From: Cercozoa sp. M6MM
Lineage: Eukaryota > Protista > Endomyxa: Ascetosporea
Direction: 5' to 3' (one strand)
DNA length: 64,000 nt
Assembly: GCA_040357565.1 (NCBI GenBank)
Contig: JBDODJ010000007.1
In this document: positions 1 to 13,711 of the stretch, piece by piece
How the letters are laid out: each line of letters opens with the position of its first letter
Numbering within the stretch: the stretch's first letter is position 1
Notes under the pieces: model-generated
Databases searched by the model: none
Told to the model about the DNA's origin: nothing
Seen by the model: only the letters and a program-made list of their open reading frames with translations
Program-made: the position numbers and the translations under genes

Positions 1-1392
1 AGATATTCGGCAAGTCGCTGCAGCTCTTCGGTCACAAAGTCGCTGTCGTCACTCGACCAGTGCTTCTGTCGGAGCTGTTCGAGCACAGCAAGTGCACGCT
101 TGACATGCGCCTTGCTGCGCAAAAGAAACCAATTCAGCCTAGTCACACAGTCACTCTGTAAAGAGCGTGTACTCAGAGATGGGCACGAACGAACGCAAAG
201 CGGGAAGTGCGAACTCCACCGAATACTGCGGGAATGCAAGTCAACACAAGGACGGAGCAGCAGTGTAGCCAAGGTACCGGGTAGTCTGCGAACGCCAGTT
301 CCACACCGTCGCACAGACCTCGTTCCCAGATCGCAGTTGATGTCACCTGACAGGTACATATTCATACACAATAGGTCAACAAACATACAGATGAGAAATA
401 CTCGATCAACGCGGCCCTCACACAGTCGCGGCAGCGCGTTACACAAAGCTTCGGCGCGCGCTTCGACTTCTTCGACGTCGTCATCCTGGGCATACTGTCG
501 ACCCAGGGAGCCCACTGCCACACACGTAACAAGAACGCATGCAGAGGCAATAGTAGACCGTGCAAAGGTACCAAACACGGCAAGTATGCCCAAATCCGAC
601 GATGTCACACATTTCTCCAACGCTGTTTCAACCACCTATCGATAGGGAGGAAGTACCTACAACAGTCACAAGCATGCCTACGGGACACTAAACGTACCTG
701 ATCAGCAGCGTCACCGTGCTTGAGCCACGCGCCGCACAGTGCACTTGCCAGTGTCTTGGCCTGCAACACGACACTGTCACGTTGAACACGTTGTGTGTCA
801 AAGGACAAACCTGATCGGACGAGAGCGGCATCAGCAGCAGCTGTCGTGCCACACGGTCGAGGACTTTCGCGCCATCCACCTGCACCAGCCGGTCATGATG
901 AGGAGGTTTCTTGTGCGGGGACAGGACACGGAAAAAAGAAGTACCTGGTCCACCCGGGAGGAGGCACCGCCGTGAGCACGCGCGGCGTTGAGGTCATCTA
1001 CTACGGCGGCGTAATGCTGTGCGAGTGACTCGCCGCCCTGTGAAACGACCGTCATTCCCAGTCAACCCCACAGCAACGTAACATGGATACCTCACACTCG
1101 TCCAAATGCAGCATAGAAGAACGCGGCGATGACGCGGACGATGCGCTACCGTGTGCACACGCATGCATACACTGTCTTTGAGATACAGCAACTCTTTGTA
1201 CTGATCGCGTGAATCGCTCGAGTTCGTTGCCATCCGAAGTTCCGCCTGCACGTATTATGTGTTTGTGTCAGTACACACAACACGACACAAGCAAACCACA
1301 TGCCATCAAATACCTCACTGAAAATGCTGCTGATGCGGCCACGCAAGGCCTCTGTCGCTGTGCTGTCGCATGTCGCACCTGCTGGTGCACCA

Positions 1393-1429
<37 letters not shown>

Positions 1430-1738
1430 ACAAACACACATACACAAATACACACACACACAAACACACAGACACGCCTCCATTAGCACATGTCGTCTGT
1501 ACCAGGTTCCACCGAGGTTTCACCTCGCACCACTGCCGTGCCCAGGTGCCTACCACACAGTCAACAAGGTCCGTTGGACAGTCGTATCGCACCTAGTCGC
1601 ATAGACACACAGAAAGCTCGTACTGGAGTGGTGTGCCACCGAGGCCCATGCCGCCGGCCAGAAAGTCGAAAGCACGCTGCGCCTCCTCGACTGTGCGTGC
1701 TTGCAGTTCGTACAGTCGCGGTGACGCAAATCTCTTCT

Positions 1739-1793
<55 letters not shown>

Positions 1794-2681
1794 TACACAC
1801 GGAAATGTCAGCTATCGTTGCAGAAAACCAACCTTGCGCTGCCAGGCAAACAGCACTCTTCTTCGGTCGCAATCGAGGTCCACCTCGGCCTAGCAACCAC
1901 GAGTATTGAAAACAGTTGACATCATGCATGTGAGTACACACACCTTGGTTATCCAGGAGTATTCGACAAAGCCACGCGGAGGCTTTGATTCGTCGAAGTC
2001 CTCCTGCGGTTAAAGAAAAACACATGCTGACAACAGAAATGGAAAAAGACATGCGCGAAAGCAGAGGCACCTGCGACATGTAGTACTCGACTCGCGTCAG
2101 TCGGAACACGAACACGCGCGACGCGAACGCACCCTCGGTTTCACTGCGCGTGGATGAATAAATACAGCTATGTCGACATCTAGATCATATACATGTCAAG
2201 AAAAACTTACGTAGAGGAACGAACGAGCGCGCGGAAAAACTTGCTGTTGAAGCGCTCGAGCTTTTTGCCGAGCGTCAGCACACCGAGGATCATGCCTCCA
2301 CGCGACGTTGTGCTGTTGCAGTACACGGACATCTGTGTGCATACTAACACACACCAACAAGCAGTGCTACCTGCCTCGTCGTCGCTGCTTGTGTTGCGCA
2401 CGTCGGCGTGCCCTCTTTTCTCTCTCCTGTGTGGCCAGTCAGAACAGAGGTGAAACATCTCAGATGCAGTCAACATCCTACAAGGAAAAAATAAAGACTA
2501 CCTTGCGTCGCTTGATTCGCGCCTTTTCCGCCTGTCGTTCCGCCTTTTGTGCAGCCTGCACGTGACACAAGCATTCAAGCTCGTCTATCAATGTTCTATC
2601 ATATAAACACACAAGCAGGACACACCTTTTTCTCTTTCTTGGACATTTGAATCGGCTGTGCACGTGCGAATATCAATGTTG

Positions 2682-2714
<33 letters not shown>

Positions 2715-3220
2715 ACATCGCAATCCACCCCACACACACACACACACATGCACACATACACACCACACACGCACATACACAGACACATGCATGCAGACAC
2801 TGGGATACCTTGTTCTGATCCGGCAGAGTGTGTGCCGTGGCAGTGGCAGATGGCAGCACTGCCAGGGAGCGATGGCGCCGATGGCTCGCATCAGACACGC
2901 CTGGCCAGAGCGCCAACATCAAACTCAATCCCCACCGGCCGATACAAAAGCAAAAGAGTACCGCCAATCGCCAGGTTCAATTCGGTCGTTGTTGTTGCAG
3001 TTGCTGCGATTGTAGTTGTTGGCACTGTGTGCTGCATGTCTGGTCTCTGTTGATACCGAAAGCAATCACTTTGGAGCAACAAAACACGCTTAACGCATTG
3101 AACAGTACGAGCCAATCGAACTCGAGCAGTTCCTCGGGCAGTGGCCGTAGCTCCGGATCACGTGTGAAACACGCCAGTAGAAACTCCTCGCACGCTTCAC
3201 TGATGCCTACGTTTGATTAG

Positions 3221-3272
<52 letters not shown>

Positions 3273-4710
3273 GCTATCTGTACCATCGGGCAAAGGCGGG
3301 TACTCATCAGCGACGATCTGATATGACGCTGCCATCGGATCCAACGCAAAGTACGGAGGTGCACCTACAATATACATACAACAATACGTACACAGGTACA
3401 GTGAGACCCAGCTGTGTTGTAGAACCCGTGAGCAGCTCGAAAGCCAGGCATCCGACAGACCATATGTCACACGACTTGTCGTAGTCCTGCTCCCAGTCTA
3501 TCACCTACACAAGGATTGCGCACACGGAAATGAACACACGCACAAACACACACAAACACAGACACAGACACAGACGGCAAACAGGTACCTCAGGCGCCAT
3601 CCAGTACGGCGACCCGACGACACGCCGCGTGTAGTCACCTTCCTGTTCAAGCAACATTTATTAACAGTGTTTACGTGGTATCATGACAGGTAATACCTGC
3701 AACAGACATGCAATGCCAAAGTCGGCGATTTTGACGTTGTTGTCCGAGCTGATGAGAATGTTCTGCGCCTTGATGTCTCTGCACAGTCAAACACACACGT
3801 TGTCACGTATGCGTGCAACACGAAACCTATCCGCGTGCTACCGATGCGCAATGTTCTTGCCGTGCAGGTAGACCAAGGCTTCTGCAACTGCCCGAACATA
3901 CAGTGCCGCTATCTGCTCCACACGCACACAGATAAAGATACATATCGCACAGGGACAGAAAACACGGCAGGATACTGGCTCAGGAGTGCCGCGACTGTCG
4001 TGCAACATGGCATGCAGCGAGCCTTTGCCGCACCACTCGTACACGAGTCCAAAATGGTCACCTTCCTCGGCCACACCAAGAAGCGACACCTTCAGCACAA
4101 CGATAATGTGATCGGGGGAGCAAATCAACTCAAGCAAAGACAAAAATACGACGTTGCGGTGAGGCTTGAGTTGCGACAAGATCTGCAGTTCGTTCGCCAT
4201 GTCCCTCAGCGCCTGGGAAACAAGCTTGCCGTTGAACACACTCCAAGAAAAGCCTGGATTACCTCTTTCACGCGGTCGGCCTCCTTGGGTAGTACAGGTG
4301 ATTTGTGCACATACTTGATGGCCACCTTTCTGCCTGATCCTGTAAGAAAAAACAACAAATAAAACACGTTTAATTCAGATGCACGCACAGCACAAAATTG
4401 GTACCTTTTGGTGAGAGATCGACAGCCTCAAAAACTTGCGTGCCGGAACCACCTTGTCCCACCTTTCGAAGTATTTGACTGCAGAAACAAAAACGCGTGT
4501 GAATGAAGATACGACCTGCCAGATGCCAGAGAAAGTACTATTGCCCGATTCGTTGAACCGGTAAGTGCTCCTGCTTTGGATTCGACACATATCGATAAAA
4601 GCGACGGAATTGCCGAGAGCATGGGGTACCTGGGTGCTTTTGCGACGATCCCAGCTGTTGAATCGAGGGGCTTCAACGTTGGACTTGCGACGTGCTGGGA
4701 GCGTTGCCAT
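1..4710 (-). CDS. Multi-exon Ser/Thr kinase (STE/MAP3K, Cdc15/MAP3K-epsilon-like) followed by a coiled coil, a PH domain and an unidentified C-terminal region; runs off the window
   Basis: Manual splicing at GT-AG gives GQGGSG (Gly loop), VAIK, HR|DIKAQNIL, DFG, GSPYWMAPE, DIWSVG and APPYFALDPMAASYQIVADEYPPLP. Downstream exons (about 2300-1620) read FVFRLTRVEYY..KPPRGFV..RLYELQARTVEEAQRAF, a PH-like pattern. Confidence 0.8.
1397..3270. repeat. Four intronic (CA)n tracts in the kinase gene (about 1397-1470, 1743-1800, 2684-2785, 3223-3270)
   Basis: Directly visible; they read (TG)n on the sense strand. Confidence 0.95.
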
Positions 4711-5135
4711 TTCCCGAAGTTATATATGAGACAGATCAAGGCCACAAATAATGCTTCCGCGCGGATGGCGGGCCAGGTTTGTTCAAAGAACAACCGCTTG
4801 GGCACAATAAAAAGAGTCGAGCTGATTCGACGACCAGCGAGCACGAATGGCGCTTCCAAAGACGCAAGAGCTCAGTCTAAACCCACTTGCACGCCCTGGA
4901 GGTCTCACCTGTACCTAAAACGTCTGCTGTGCACGATCGAACTCGAAAACCCGGTCGGCTCGATAGTGTCTGTTTTTGAGAACCGTACTGTACAACAATA
5001 CTGTACCTGATACAGTACAGCTTCTGCTTCTGGATCCTCTCGTTTTTCTTAAGAGTGCAGCGTAGAGGCATTGGCGTCGGCGCCGCGCAGCGTGTGGCGC
5101 ACTGGTAGCAGGCAGGGACACGTGTGTGGTTCACA

Positions 5136-5697
5136 ATGTTCAGCCGTGCCGCCATCCGTGTGCCGTCTGGCGTGCAGCAGCGCGGTTTCGCTACCGTTCG
5201 CAAGCGCGGCCGCGTTGGCAAGAAGGTATTCTTTTTGTTTCAACGGAATGTGTCTGCGTGAACGCACTAAATTCAACTTTGTTTTAGGCATCACCGTTCA
5301 ACAAGCACATCCACATGCGACGACGGAAACTGTTCTTCCGGCCGATTCGCAAGTGGAAGAAGACCACGAGTGGTATCTTCGACAATGGCAACTCAAGCTT
5401 TGCGTTCCGCTACGTTGGTCGTCACGCGCTTGTCGACAAGGTAGTTTCCCTTGCTATCACATCACCCGCGGGACCCTAGGTATGTCCGTGCGTGCAGTCT
5501 CGTCTCGAGTACATGCGTGTGGCCGTGCGTCACATGGTGACGGATAGACGCAACAAGCTCAACGTGCGCAGTCCGCCCGTGCAGCCGCGATACCAGAAGG
5601 CCCTCAACTCGCGTATGGGTAAGGGCCGTGGTAAGGTACCGACGCCGCTTCCTCATCCCTCTTCTGGTGTGTGTGCGTGTGTGTGTGTGCGTGTGTG

Positions 5698-5749
<52 letters not shown>

Positions 5750-6117
5750 CGTGTCTGCATAGGTCAAGACGCACCACTACCGCATCCCGTCCGGTACGCA
5801 GCTATGGTACATCAAGACGCCGACGCCAGTGTTCAAGAAAAAGCGCACGCTGTGGCCCATCATGCGGTACTGCTCTTGCTTCTTGATAAGTACACATGTG
5901 TATGTGTGTGTGTGTGTGCACTTGTGCAGTGCCTTGAGCCAGGCGACCGAGAAGGTGTTCCGCCTCGACCTGCAGAACGTCAAGCACTTCGACTCGCTCG
6001 CGCACTTCTACCGGGTACTTTACCCTCACCTCTCGTGTGTTCGTCTGCGAATATGTGTGTCCCTCCCTCCCTTCCCTGCAGGAGAAGCGCAGCTACGCCG
6101 GCGGCAACCATCGCTAG
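5136..6117 (+). CDS. rpl16: Mitochondrial ribosomal protein uL16m-like, nuclear-encoded, with introns
   Basis: The spliced product starts with an Arg-rich, acid-free presequence (MFSRAAIRVPSGVQQRGFATVRKR). It contains SRLEYMRVAV and QPRYQKALNSRMGKGRGK, matching the L16 RMGKGKG loop. Confidence 0.72.
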
Positions 6118-6321
6118 AAACACACGCTCGCATTTCTGCACACACTATACTTAAACTCGACTAGTATGCAGTGCCTAAATACTGAGTGCAGTCGCAGTTC
6201 ATACGATAAGCTTACGTTACAGTAAATTACTGCTGGATGGCGGCTTAAAATAGATTTTACTTTTCGGCTACAATGCAGAAGGTCTGTAGTAAACTCTAGG
6301 TTAGCTTTAACGGACTTAATA

Positions 6322-7736
6322 TTAGTTTGCAGTTATCTGCGACATGATTATACGGCAGTTCATCGCGGCTCGTGCGCGATTGTTTTTTTGGTATTTGCTC
6401 AGAGCTCGTCCTCGGCGGTCGCCTGGTGGACTGGGAATATTATACTGTCTTACTGGGCAGGATATTGATGCCATTTCACGCCGTTGTGTGCTGGTTGTAC
6501 TCGATTTGCCAGCGGCATATACTTCGCGTGAAACCAACGTATCTCTACGTCCGCGCGGAAGGATCACAGCGCGTTTCTCGACTTCCTGCGTGTCCACAAG
6601 ACTCGCTGCGTCTCGTAGTTATGTCTGACACACACACACGACATACTGACATCATTGTGCCACCTTGGTACGAGTATCATATTGTTTACTCAGTGTAAAA
6701 CGTTTGCAAGTTATATCTGTTCAGCGACGTGCTCTTGCACTGCGGCGATATCTCCTTTTGTGGTAAGCGATTTGAGGAGGCGATCCTGTCAGCTTATCTG
6801 TTTGGAATACGCAGGAAGTGCACACACCAAGGCGGGCCGTCAGCGACAACTGCGACAGTTTTGTCGTTGGGTGCGACAGCAGCCTGTATCAATTTGTATC
6901 ATTGTGGCCTTTGTTTTTGTAAATCACTCGGGTTTGTGTTTGATGCGCAGTGCCAAGCAGCAGTGGCTGTGGGCGGCAACCACGACACTGTTTTTTTGGA
7001 CGACTTGTCTTTCTTACACAGTGGTATCTTTTCTTCAATGTGCTTGTAGCGGTCATGCTGGTGTGACATGCCTGTGGCGTGCAGATGTGCGCAATGTCAA
7101 AACGAGCACATTTCCGATCGAATTTGACAACGAGTCGCACGCACTGCCACTGTGCAGTGCCTTTGTGTGCCTACACAACGCATGTGCCACTGTCACAGTT
7201 CGTGGGTATCTTTGAGATCGTTTCAAAACTAAACGAAACTGAGTGGGAAGGTTTCGCTTTTTATTCTGTGCGAGTGCACAGAAAGGCTTTGAAGATCTTT
7301 GGTACTTCATCATCACGACTTAGTGCGAGTTCCAACAGCGCCTTCCAGGTAGCGCGCCTGCGTTTTGTGCAAGGTGGCTACAGTATCATGCCCTATCGGT
7401 ACTTTGCTTATGGTGCAGCTGCAAACCAAGGACGCTGAAACTATCGCGCAGCAGTGCGCCCGTGTTGCACATGTACTTTCTGACCGTATCGGCACTTCCG
7501 CAAGAGATTACGGGTGGTCTACAATTTAGCAACATGGAGCCCATGTTCTGTTGGCGCACTCGGCGTGGACTGATCTGGTCCAACACGTGCGCGGCAAAGT
7601 GCCTGTGCTGGTATGACACACACTGTTGATTTGATGCGCGTGGATTGGGTGTGCTGCAGTTGCACGGACACATCCATTCGCGATTTGGCGTGCGAGAGCA
7701 GACGCCCGAACTACTGTCTGTCAACGCTGCCACCAT
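6322..7736 (-). CDS. Hypothetical protein (multi-exon, structure uncertain)
   Basis: Several minus-strand ORF segments with plausible splice sites; no recognisable motif. Confidence 0.3.
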
Positions 7737-7959
7737 GAACTCCTGGTGTGTGCCGACTCACCCAGTTGTAGTGCTTGATGTCGCCATCTGATGAACCTTG
7801 ACTAGCAAAGTATGATACCCGACCGTTTTTTTTAAATAAATAATTCGGGGTGGACTATTTTCTTGAAGATCTTTCCAGAAAACGCGTCAGAACGGATCCG
7901 TCCGTTAAACTTGCCATTATTGTGTGTCAGCGTGTGTGTGCACTTTTTCTACACTCAGA

Positions 7960-8180
7960 ATGCCGCATGGCTATCGCAAGTCGGGCAAGACGCTCCGCCG
8001 TCATGGGCTTTGGTAGGATGAATTTTGTCTTGCTCAGGTCTGTGTGTTTAGAATGAGAATACTGTGTTACTATCTGCAGTTCGACGCTGAAGATTGCACG
8101 CGTGACAGTTCTGCCGCCTAGCTTGGAGGAAAGCCGAGACAAGCCCGAGTTCCACTTTGTAAGTATCCCTGCCTGGTTGG

Positions 8181-8228
<48 letters not shown>

Positions 8229-8238
8229 NNNNNNNNNN

Positions 8239-8289
<51 letters not shown>

Positions 8290-9223
8290 GGACAGTTACC
8301 TGACTTTTGTGTGCAGAAAGGCAGAGCGCTGCAGATTCCGGACGTTGAGTTGATTCGAGGGTACGCAAGTTTGCGTCTCTGTCTTTGTTGTGACTTGGCT
8401 ATTGCATTGCATGTGCAGAGGCGTGCAGTCCGTCCACGCTGAGCCCAAGGTAGCCGAGTGCATGTGCACGTATATGCATGTGTCATGGATGTGGAAGTAT
8501 TGTACAGGTGGCCCAGATGCTGTGCACACTGACTCAAAAACTGCGCGAGAACGACGATGTCGTCGACTACTTGAGTGATATTGTATCCTATTTATATATA
8601 TATATATATATATAATGTGAACATGCTTGTAGTATCTACTATGTTGTGCTGGGCAGTTCTACATTCGATGCGGCACGCTCTCAGCTGTACTATGTGTCTC
8701 TCGAGACCCTGTTGATTCGCGGTATTGTTTGTTTCTGTTTGTGTGCAGTACAGCCGAGACACGTGGTTCTCCGTGCAAGTGACACCCAAGCCAGACAGTG
8801 ACAACAGTGACAACAGTGACAGTGAAGACGAGGACGACGATAGGGGCCACAACACTCGTGCCTCTGTTGAGATCAGCGTGCACGCGTGCGAGCAGGTGCC
8901 CGACCTCAGTGCCAGCACCTATGTGCACGTGCTGTTTGTCGCACACAGCATCTACCGGAACTTGTCGTCGCGTGCCAATCATCGCGTGCCGGACGGCAGG
9001 CAGCTGCGCCACTGGGCACCCTCGCGACTCTACCGCTGGAGCGAGCGCACCGACCGCGACTCGCGCGTCGAACGACAGCGACTTAAGCTCTCCGTCGCCA
9101 GGGTAATTTTCGACCCTCACCCCCCGCCCTCACCCTCGCCCCACCTCACATGCCCCATTGTAGGACCCTCTGCAAGTCGACGCCGACAGCAACTACACAA
9201 GCGCCGCCTTTAAGCGCAAGTGA
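7960..9223 (+). CDS. Hypothetical protein (about 7 exons)
   Basis: Consecutive GT-AG introns keep one frame from MPHGYRKSGK to DPLQVDADSNYTSAAFKRK*, including an acidic DSDNSDNSDSEDEDDD tract. Confidence 0.55.
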
Positions 9224-9603
9224 TTCGTCACAACTCAAGCTGAGCGATCAACTTTTTTAAGGCAATTCCAACTCCCGCTGGTCTTGTCAGTTTATTCGGC
9301 AAGCGGGCAAGCTAATTTACTCGGCTCGCGAGTCGGGCAACCTGAAAGTCAATCCTGGTCAGTAGTGACACGAATTCGCGAATGAAAACGAAAACCGTTG
9401 TCTGGGCAGGCGTGCCAAAAGTTGGTCGGTTTTAGTCTGACCCTGGAAAGCTTTTCCCGAGGCCTTTGTACGTCTAAACGCGCTTAAACTGTTTTAGCAC
9501 ACGCGTGCGCACTAGTAAGCTGCGTTTACACGACTTGCCAATACGTTTTTGCTCTTCGGGTTTGTTTTGCTCTCTGGCATGGCTCTCAAACTGCTGTGCA
9601 GGG

Positions 9604-12600
9604 ATGGAGTTCCCGATTTTGAAAGAAGACCCACGGTGGCACCACCTCGATGGCAGGTGCCTTTGTGATGTTCAATCCCGCTGTAGGATGAGCTGATTTT
9701 GGTATTTGTCCCCCAGGTTCAAACGCCAACGACGCAAGAGCATTGACACAAGACAGTTCGTTCGTTCCAAGAATTTAGTGTGATGCACTGCTGTGAGGAT
9801 ACAGTGTTTGTGACAGAAGCACATCGGAGCAGGTCGCAGATGCGCTGACTCAGCAGTTGTGCAGGTATATAAATCTGACGATGGGGTCTCGAAGGGATAA
9901 ATCGTGTGTTTAGTGCTTGGAGTGCCGATGAGTACCCGCGACAGTTCCTTGCGAAATGCTCCGACTGCGGTAGGTTTTGTGCCGATTGAATAGCTGCTTT
10001 GTGTACATTTAAACTGATAAATTATATATATATATATATATAATATATCATACAATATACAGATGTCTACGTGTGCCGCTCGTGCAAGAAGTGTCATGCC
10101 GACTGTCCAAACGGTACAGCAAGATTCATTACTGTAGCCACATCACTTTCTGTCTAGATGGAGGGTCTATAATATTGTGTGTCCATGTGCTGTTGTTTGA
10201 AGGGCCGCATTCGCGCGGATTCTTTGTGAAAGGAATCTTGTGCGAGTGTCGCGACTGTCCGCGTCGTGGTAGTGTTTAGACCCCCCTCCTTGCCCTCTTT
10301 ATTCCTTCATCCTTTGACTCTCTTTACCCCTCCCCCTCCCCTTTACTCCCCTGTATTTGTGTGTGTAGGCACGATTGAGGAAGACGAGGAGAGCGTGCAT
10401 AGTCGCACATCGGAGGAGGAAGTGATTGATCTGCTGCGGCACCTGATTCCGTCGAATCGATCGGTGTTGCATCCTTTTACCCCTTCTACCCCCCCCCCCC
10501 GTAGTATTCTTTTACCCCATTATCCCCTCCCCCGACAGATGATAGTGTCGACGCACCGCAATGCATTGGTGCTACCGGGATACGGAGACACTGCGGCCAC
10601 CAAGTTCGACATTGTGGATCCGTTGCAGGTGCTTGCCCTTGACCCCCCCCTTTGTTCCTTTTATCTCCCTTTACCTCCTCTACTACCTTTACCTCCTCTA
10701 CTACCTTTACCCCCTCTACTACCTTTATCACCTTTACCCCCGCGCCCCCCCCCCCCCCCCCCGATACCCCCTTTTATGTGAGACAGAAAACGACGTTGGA
10801 TTTCATGCGTGTTTTGCAAGACATCACGGCACTCGCGTTGAGGCATTGGGTATCGCCCCTTTTACTCCTTTCCTCGCCTCTTACCCTTTGTAAACTTACC
10901 CGCTTTTCACCTTCCAAATTTAGGTCTACTGGCACATTGATCTCGTGGACTATCGCGTTCGCATTGGCGGCAGTACGCTTCTGTCTGTGTGTGTCTGTGT
11001 GCGTGTGTGTATGTGTGTGTGTGTATACATATGTACATGTGTACTGTACAAATGGACATGTACAAATGGACACGTACAAATGGGCATGTACGGACAGACG
11101 GTCCGATGCTACGGGTGTCGCGGGCAGTCATGGACGCCGAGGCACGGGCTGCGCGCGATGTCGATGCCTCCATTCAGGTAGGCCTGTTGAGCCTCTTACC
11201 CCCTCCCCAAACCCTTTACCCTCGACCCCTTGTTACCCCAGGGCGACTGTATGTGCACCTTTGACTTATCACGACTGCTGCACGCACTGAGCGAGTCCAA
11301 GTATTTTACCCCCCCCCCCCCCCCACCACCACCTTGCTCCTTTATCTCGCCATCTCATTTACCCCCCCTTTATCCCCTACCTTTTCCGCCGTTTACCTTT
11401 CTCCCTCGCACAGGAAACTGCAGCCGTTGCTGCAAAACACGCGCGTTTCCGTCGGCACGCGAAACAATGTGACGCTGCAGGTCATCGTGGCGCGACTGGT
11501 ATCAAAGAAGGGGGGCTTGAGGGCATAGAGTAAGAGGGATAGGGGGTTAGAGAGGGTAAAATGCGCGGAGTCGGTAGGAACAAGGACTACGCAACGACCT
11601 GGCTCACCAGCTGCATCTCAAGTGTGTTGTTGATACCATACTATCTACTCGTAGTGTGTGTATAACGGTTATGTATAACGGTGAATCACGGTATGTGTGT
11701 GTGTGTGTGACGGTATGGACAGGTACATGTCGCAGCACCGTCGGCCGGAACGAGTGGCACGTTCCATGCGCGAGGTCGAGGCTTTGCTGCGGGTAGTTAC
11801 TTTTACCCCTTACCCCTTTCCGTTATCTCCATGTACTACGCACTACATACTGGAGCACAGGCACTGACGCAGATACTGCCGACGCCATCGCCGGTGCTGG
11901 CACGTGTGGAACCGTCGAAGGAAGCCGCTGATCGGTACTCAGGTTTGTGTATGCCTGTGTTGATACGTTTATATATGTAAGTATGGGTGTGTGTGTGTGT
12001 GTGTGTAGGTGCGTGCGACGTGCGATCTTTGGGGTGCGTTTCGGCATTAGTTGGACAGGCGGGTATCAGGACATGGGGTAAGGAGTGTATTGCCTGGGCA
12101 ACGCAGAAGGTCGACAGCGAGGGCAAGTGTTCGGAACCCTCGGAGAACGAGGACAGCGAACGAGAGGACTCGCTGGACGCTGTGATAACCTCCATCCTGG
12201 GCCAGCAACCGCCCAGCAAGGTAGGCATTGATTGTACCTTTGTTTCTTTGTATAGTTGGGTGTGCATTTAGGTCAGCATGGCGTCGAACACGCACACGGG
12301 ACATCTAGGTAAGGAGATGTTCTATGACATAGAAGAATCGCATGTGTGGGTGGGGGATTCCAGGCTCGCTGGAGCACGGGGACGAATTCGACGAGGAGGA
12401 ACTGATGCTGTCGGATTTGATCGAGCTCGAGAAGGGCGCCTCCTTCTTTGAGCGTCATCGCGAGCGCGAGCGTAGTCCTGTCCATGTGGGAACTCTTTCT
12501 CCTGTACAGTACTTTCGTGTACGAGTAGACAGTTATCTATGCTTCTATGGGGAGTGCTCTTGTGTAGTCACCCAAGGCGTCGCCGCCGCACACGCCGTCC

Positions 12601-12668
12601 GAGGTGCTGGAGGAGGCGCCGGAACTAGAGTTCCTGCCTGGTATGTCTAGATCTATATATCTGTATAC

Positions 12669-12700
<32 letters not shown>

Positions 12701-13711
12701 TATGTAAGTATAGAGATATGTGGGTACATAAATTTATATAGGTTAGGGATATAGTACTACATGTGTGCACACAGAGGACATCACAGCGAGTTCACTGGCG
12801 CCCTACATTCGCAGTAGGTCCTTGTATACACAGGTGCTTGTTTTGCGAGGTGGTCATTTGCATGTATGGACAGTGCTGAACCTGATTCAACAACACTTTA
12901 CCGAGTTCCGTCGGCACAGTATGTTGGTGTTTGTTACTTTCTTTCTAGTCGACTACCAGTTTGACTGTGTCGGTGTGTGCGAGAAGAGATGAATGTGGCG
13001 GCACTGCGGCAGTACCGCGAGCACGTGCATCCGCGACGACGCCGTGCGCCCTCGCCTTCGGTGAGTTTTTTAGTTTGTGCTCTTTCGTTCCTTGGCAGAC
13101 TGTGTGTGTGTGTGTGTGTCTGCACTTGCAGCACGCTCCAACACCTCGCGAGGCAGCACCGTCGACGTCGTACGCTGAGGAGATTCGTTATCTTGATGAG
13201 TACACGCACACACGCACACTGATAGAATATCTCCACCTGCTGTGAGTCTTTAACTGTACTACCCTTGTGCAGAGAGGCCGCGCAGCAAGCAACCATGCCA
13301 CTCGCCGATCGGCGCAAAATGGAAGCGCACGCTGTGTTGCAGCACCTGTCGCGAGTGAGTTTTTTCGTTCAATTTTCGACTGTTTCTTGGTGATCCCGTG
13401 TCACTTTCAATCAGCTCGTTGAGGAAGGCGACGGACCTGCGCTGCGCTTTGTGTCAAACGTCGTGGCGCCGCGGCTCGGCGGCTACGGTCTGCAGCTCCA
13501 CCGGCCGCAACTCAAGCCGATTCCCAGCTCGAAATTGCAACTTGAAGAACTTGAAGAGCAAGAAGCTAAAACTCCTGAAGCGGCACAAGCTGACTTGTCT
13601 CGGAAACGAGAAGTGCGCGTACGCGTACAGGTGCCTCAGGAATGGAGCTCCAGTGGCTCAGAAAAAGCTGACGAAGTCTCCTCGCCGATTTCCGGAACTG
13701 AAAGTGAATAG
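9604..13711 (+). CDS. Hypothetical protein, very intron-rich, with acidic/low-complexity segments
   Basis: Many short GC-rich exons (e.g. STHRNALVLPGYGDTAATKFDIVDPLQ, EEELMLSDLIELEKGASFFE) separated by C-rich or microsatellite introns; the last exon ends ISGTESE*. Confidence 0.5.

Noticed and set aside
1146-3053. Many ORFs rich in HTHT/CVCV (also near 8100, 23700, 34800-35900, 39400, 55100)
   Set aside because: They are translations of intronic (CA)/(TG) microsatellites, not metal-binding proteins.
4877-5221. Minus-strand ORF as an extra 5' exon of the kinase
   Set aside because: It overlaps the first exon of uL16m antisense, and the kinase has its own plausible ATG at 4710.
7743-7761. Possible 19-nt ultrasmall intron
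   Set aside because: Removing it leads to an early stop rather than into the downstream ORF; no support without transcripts.
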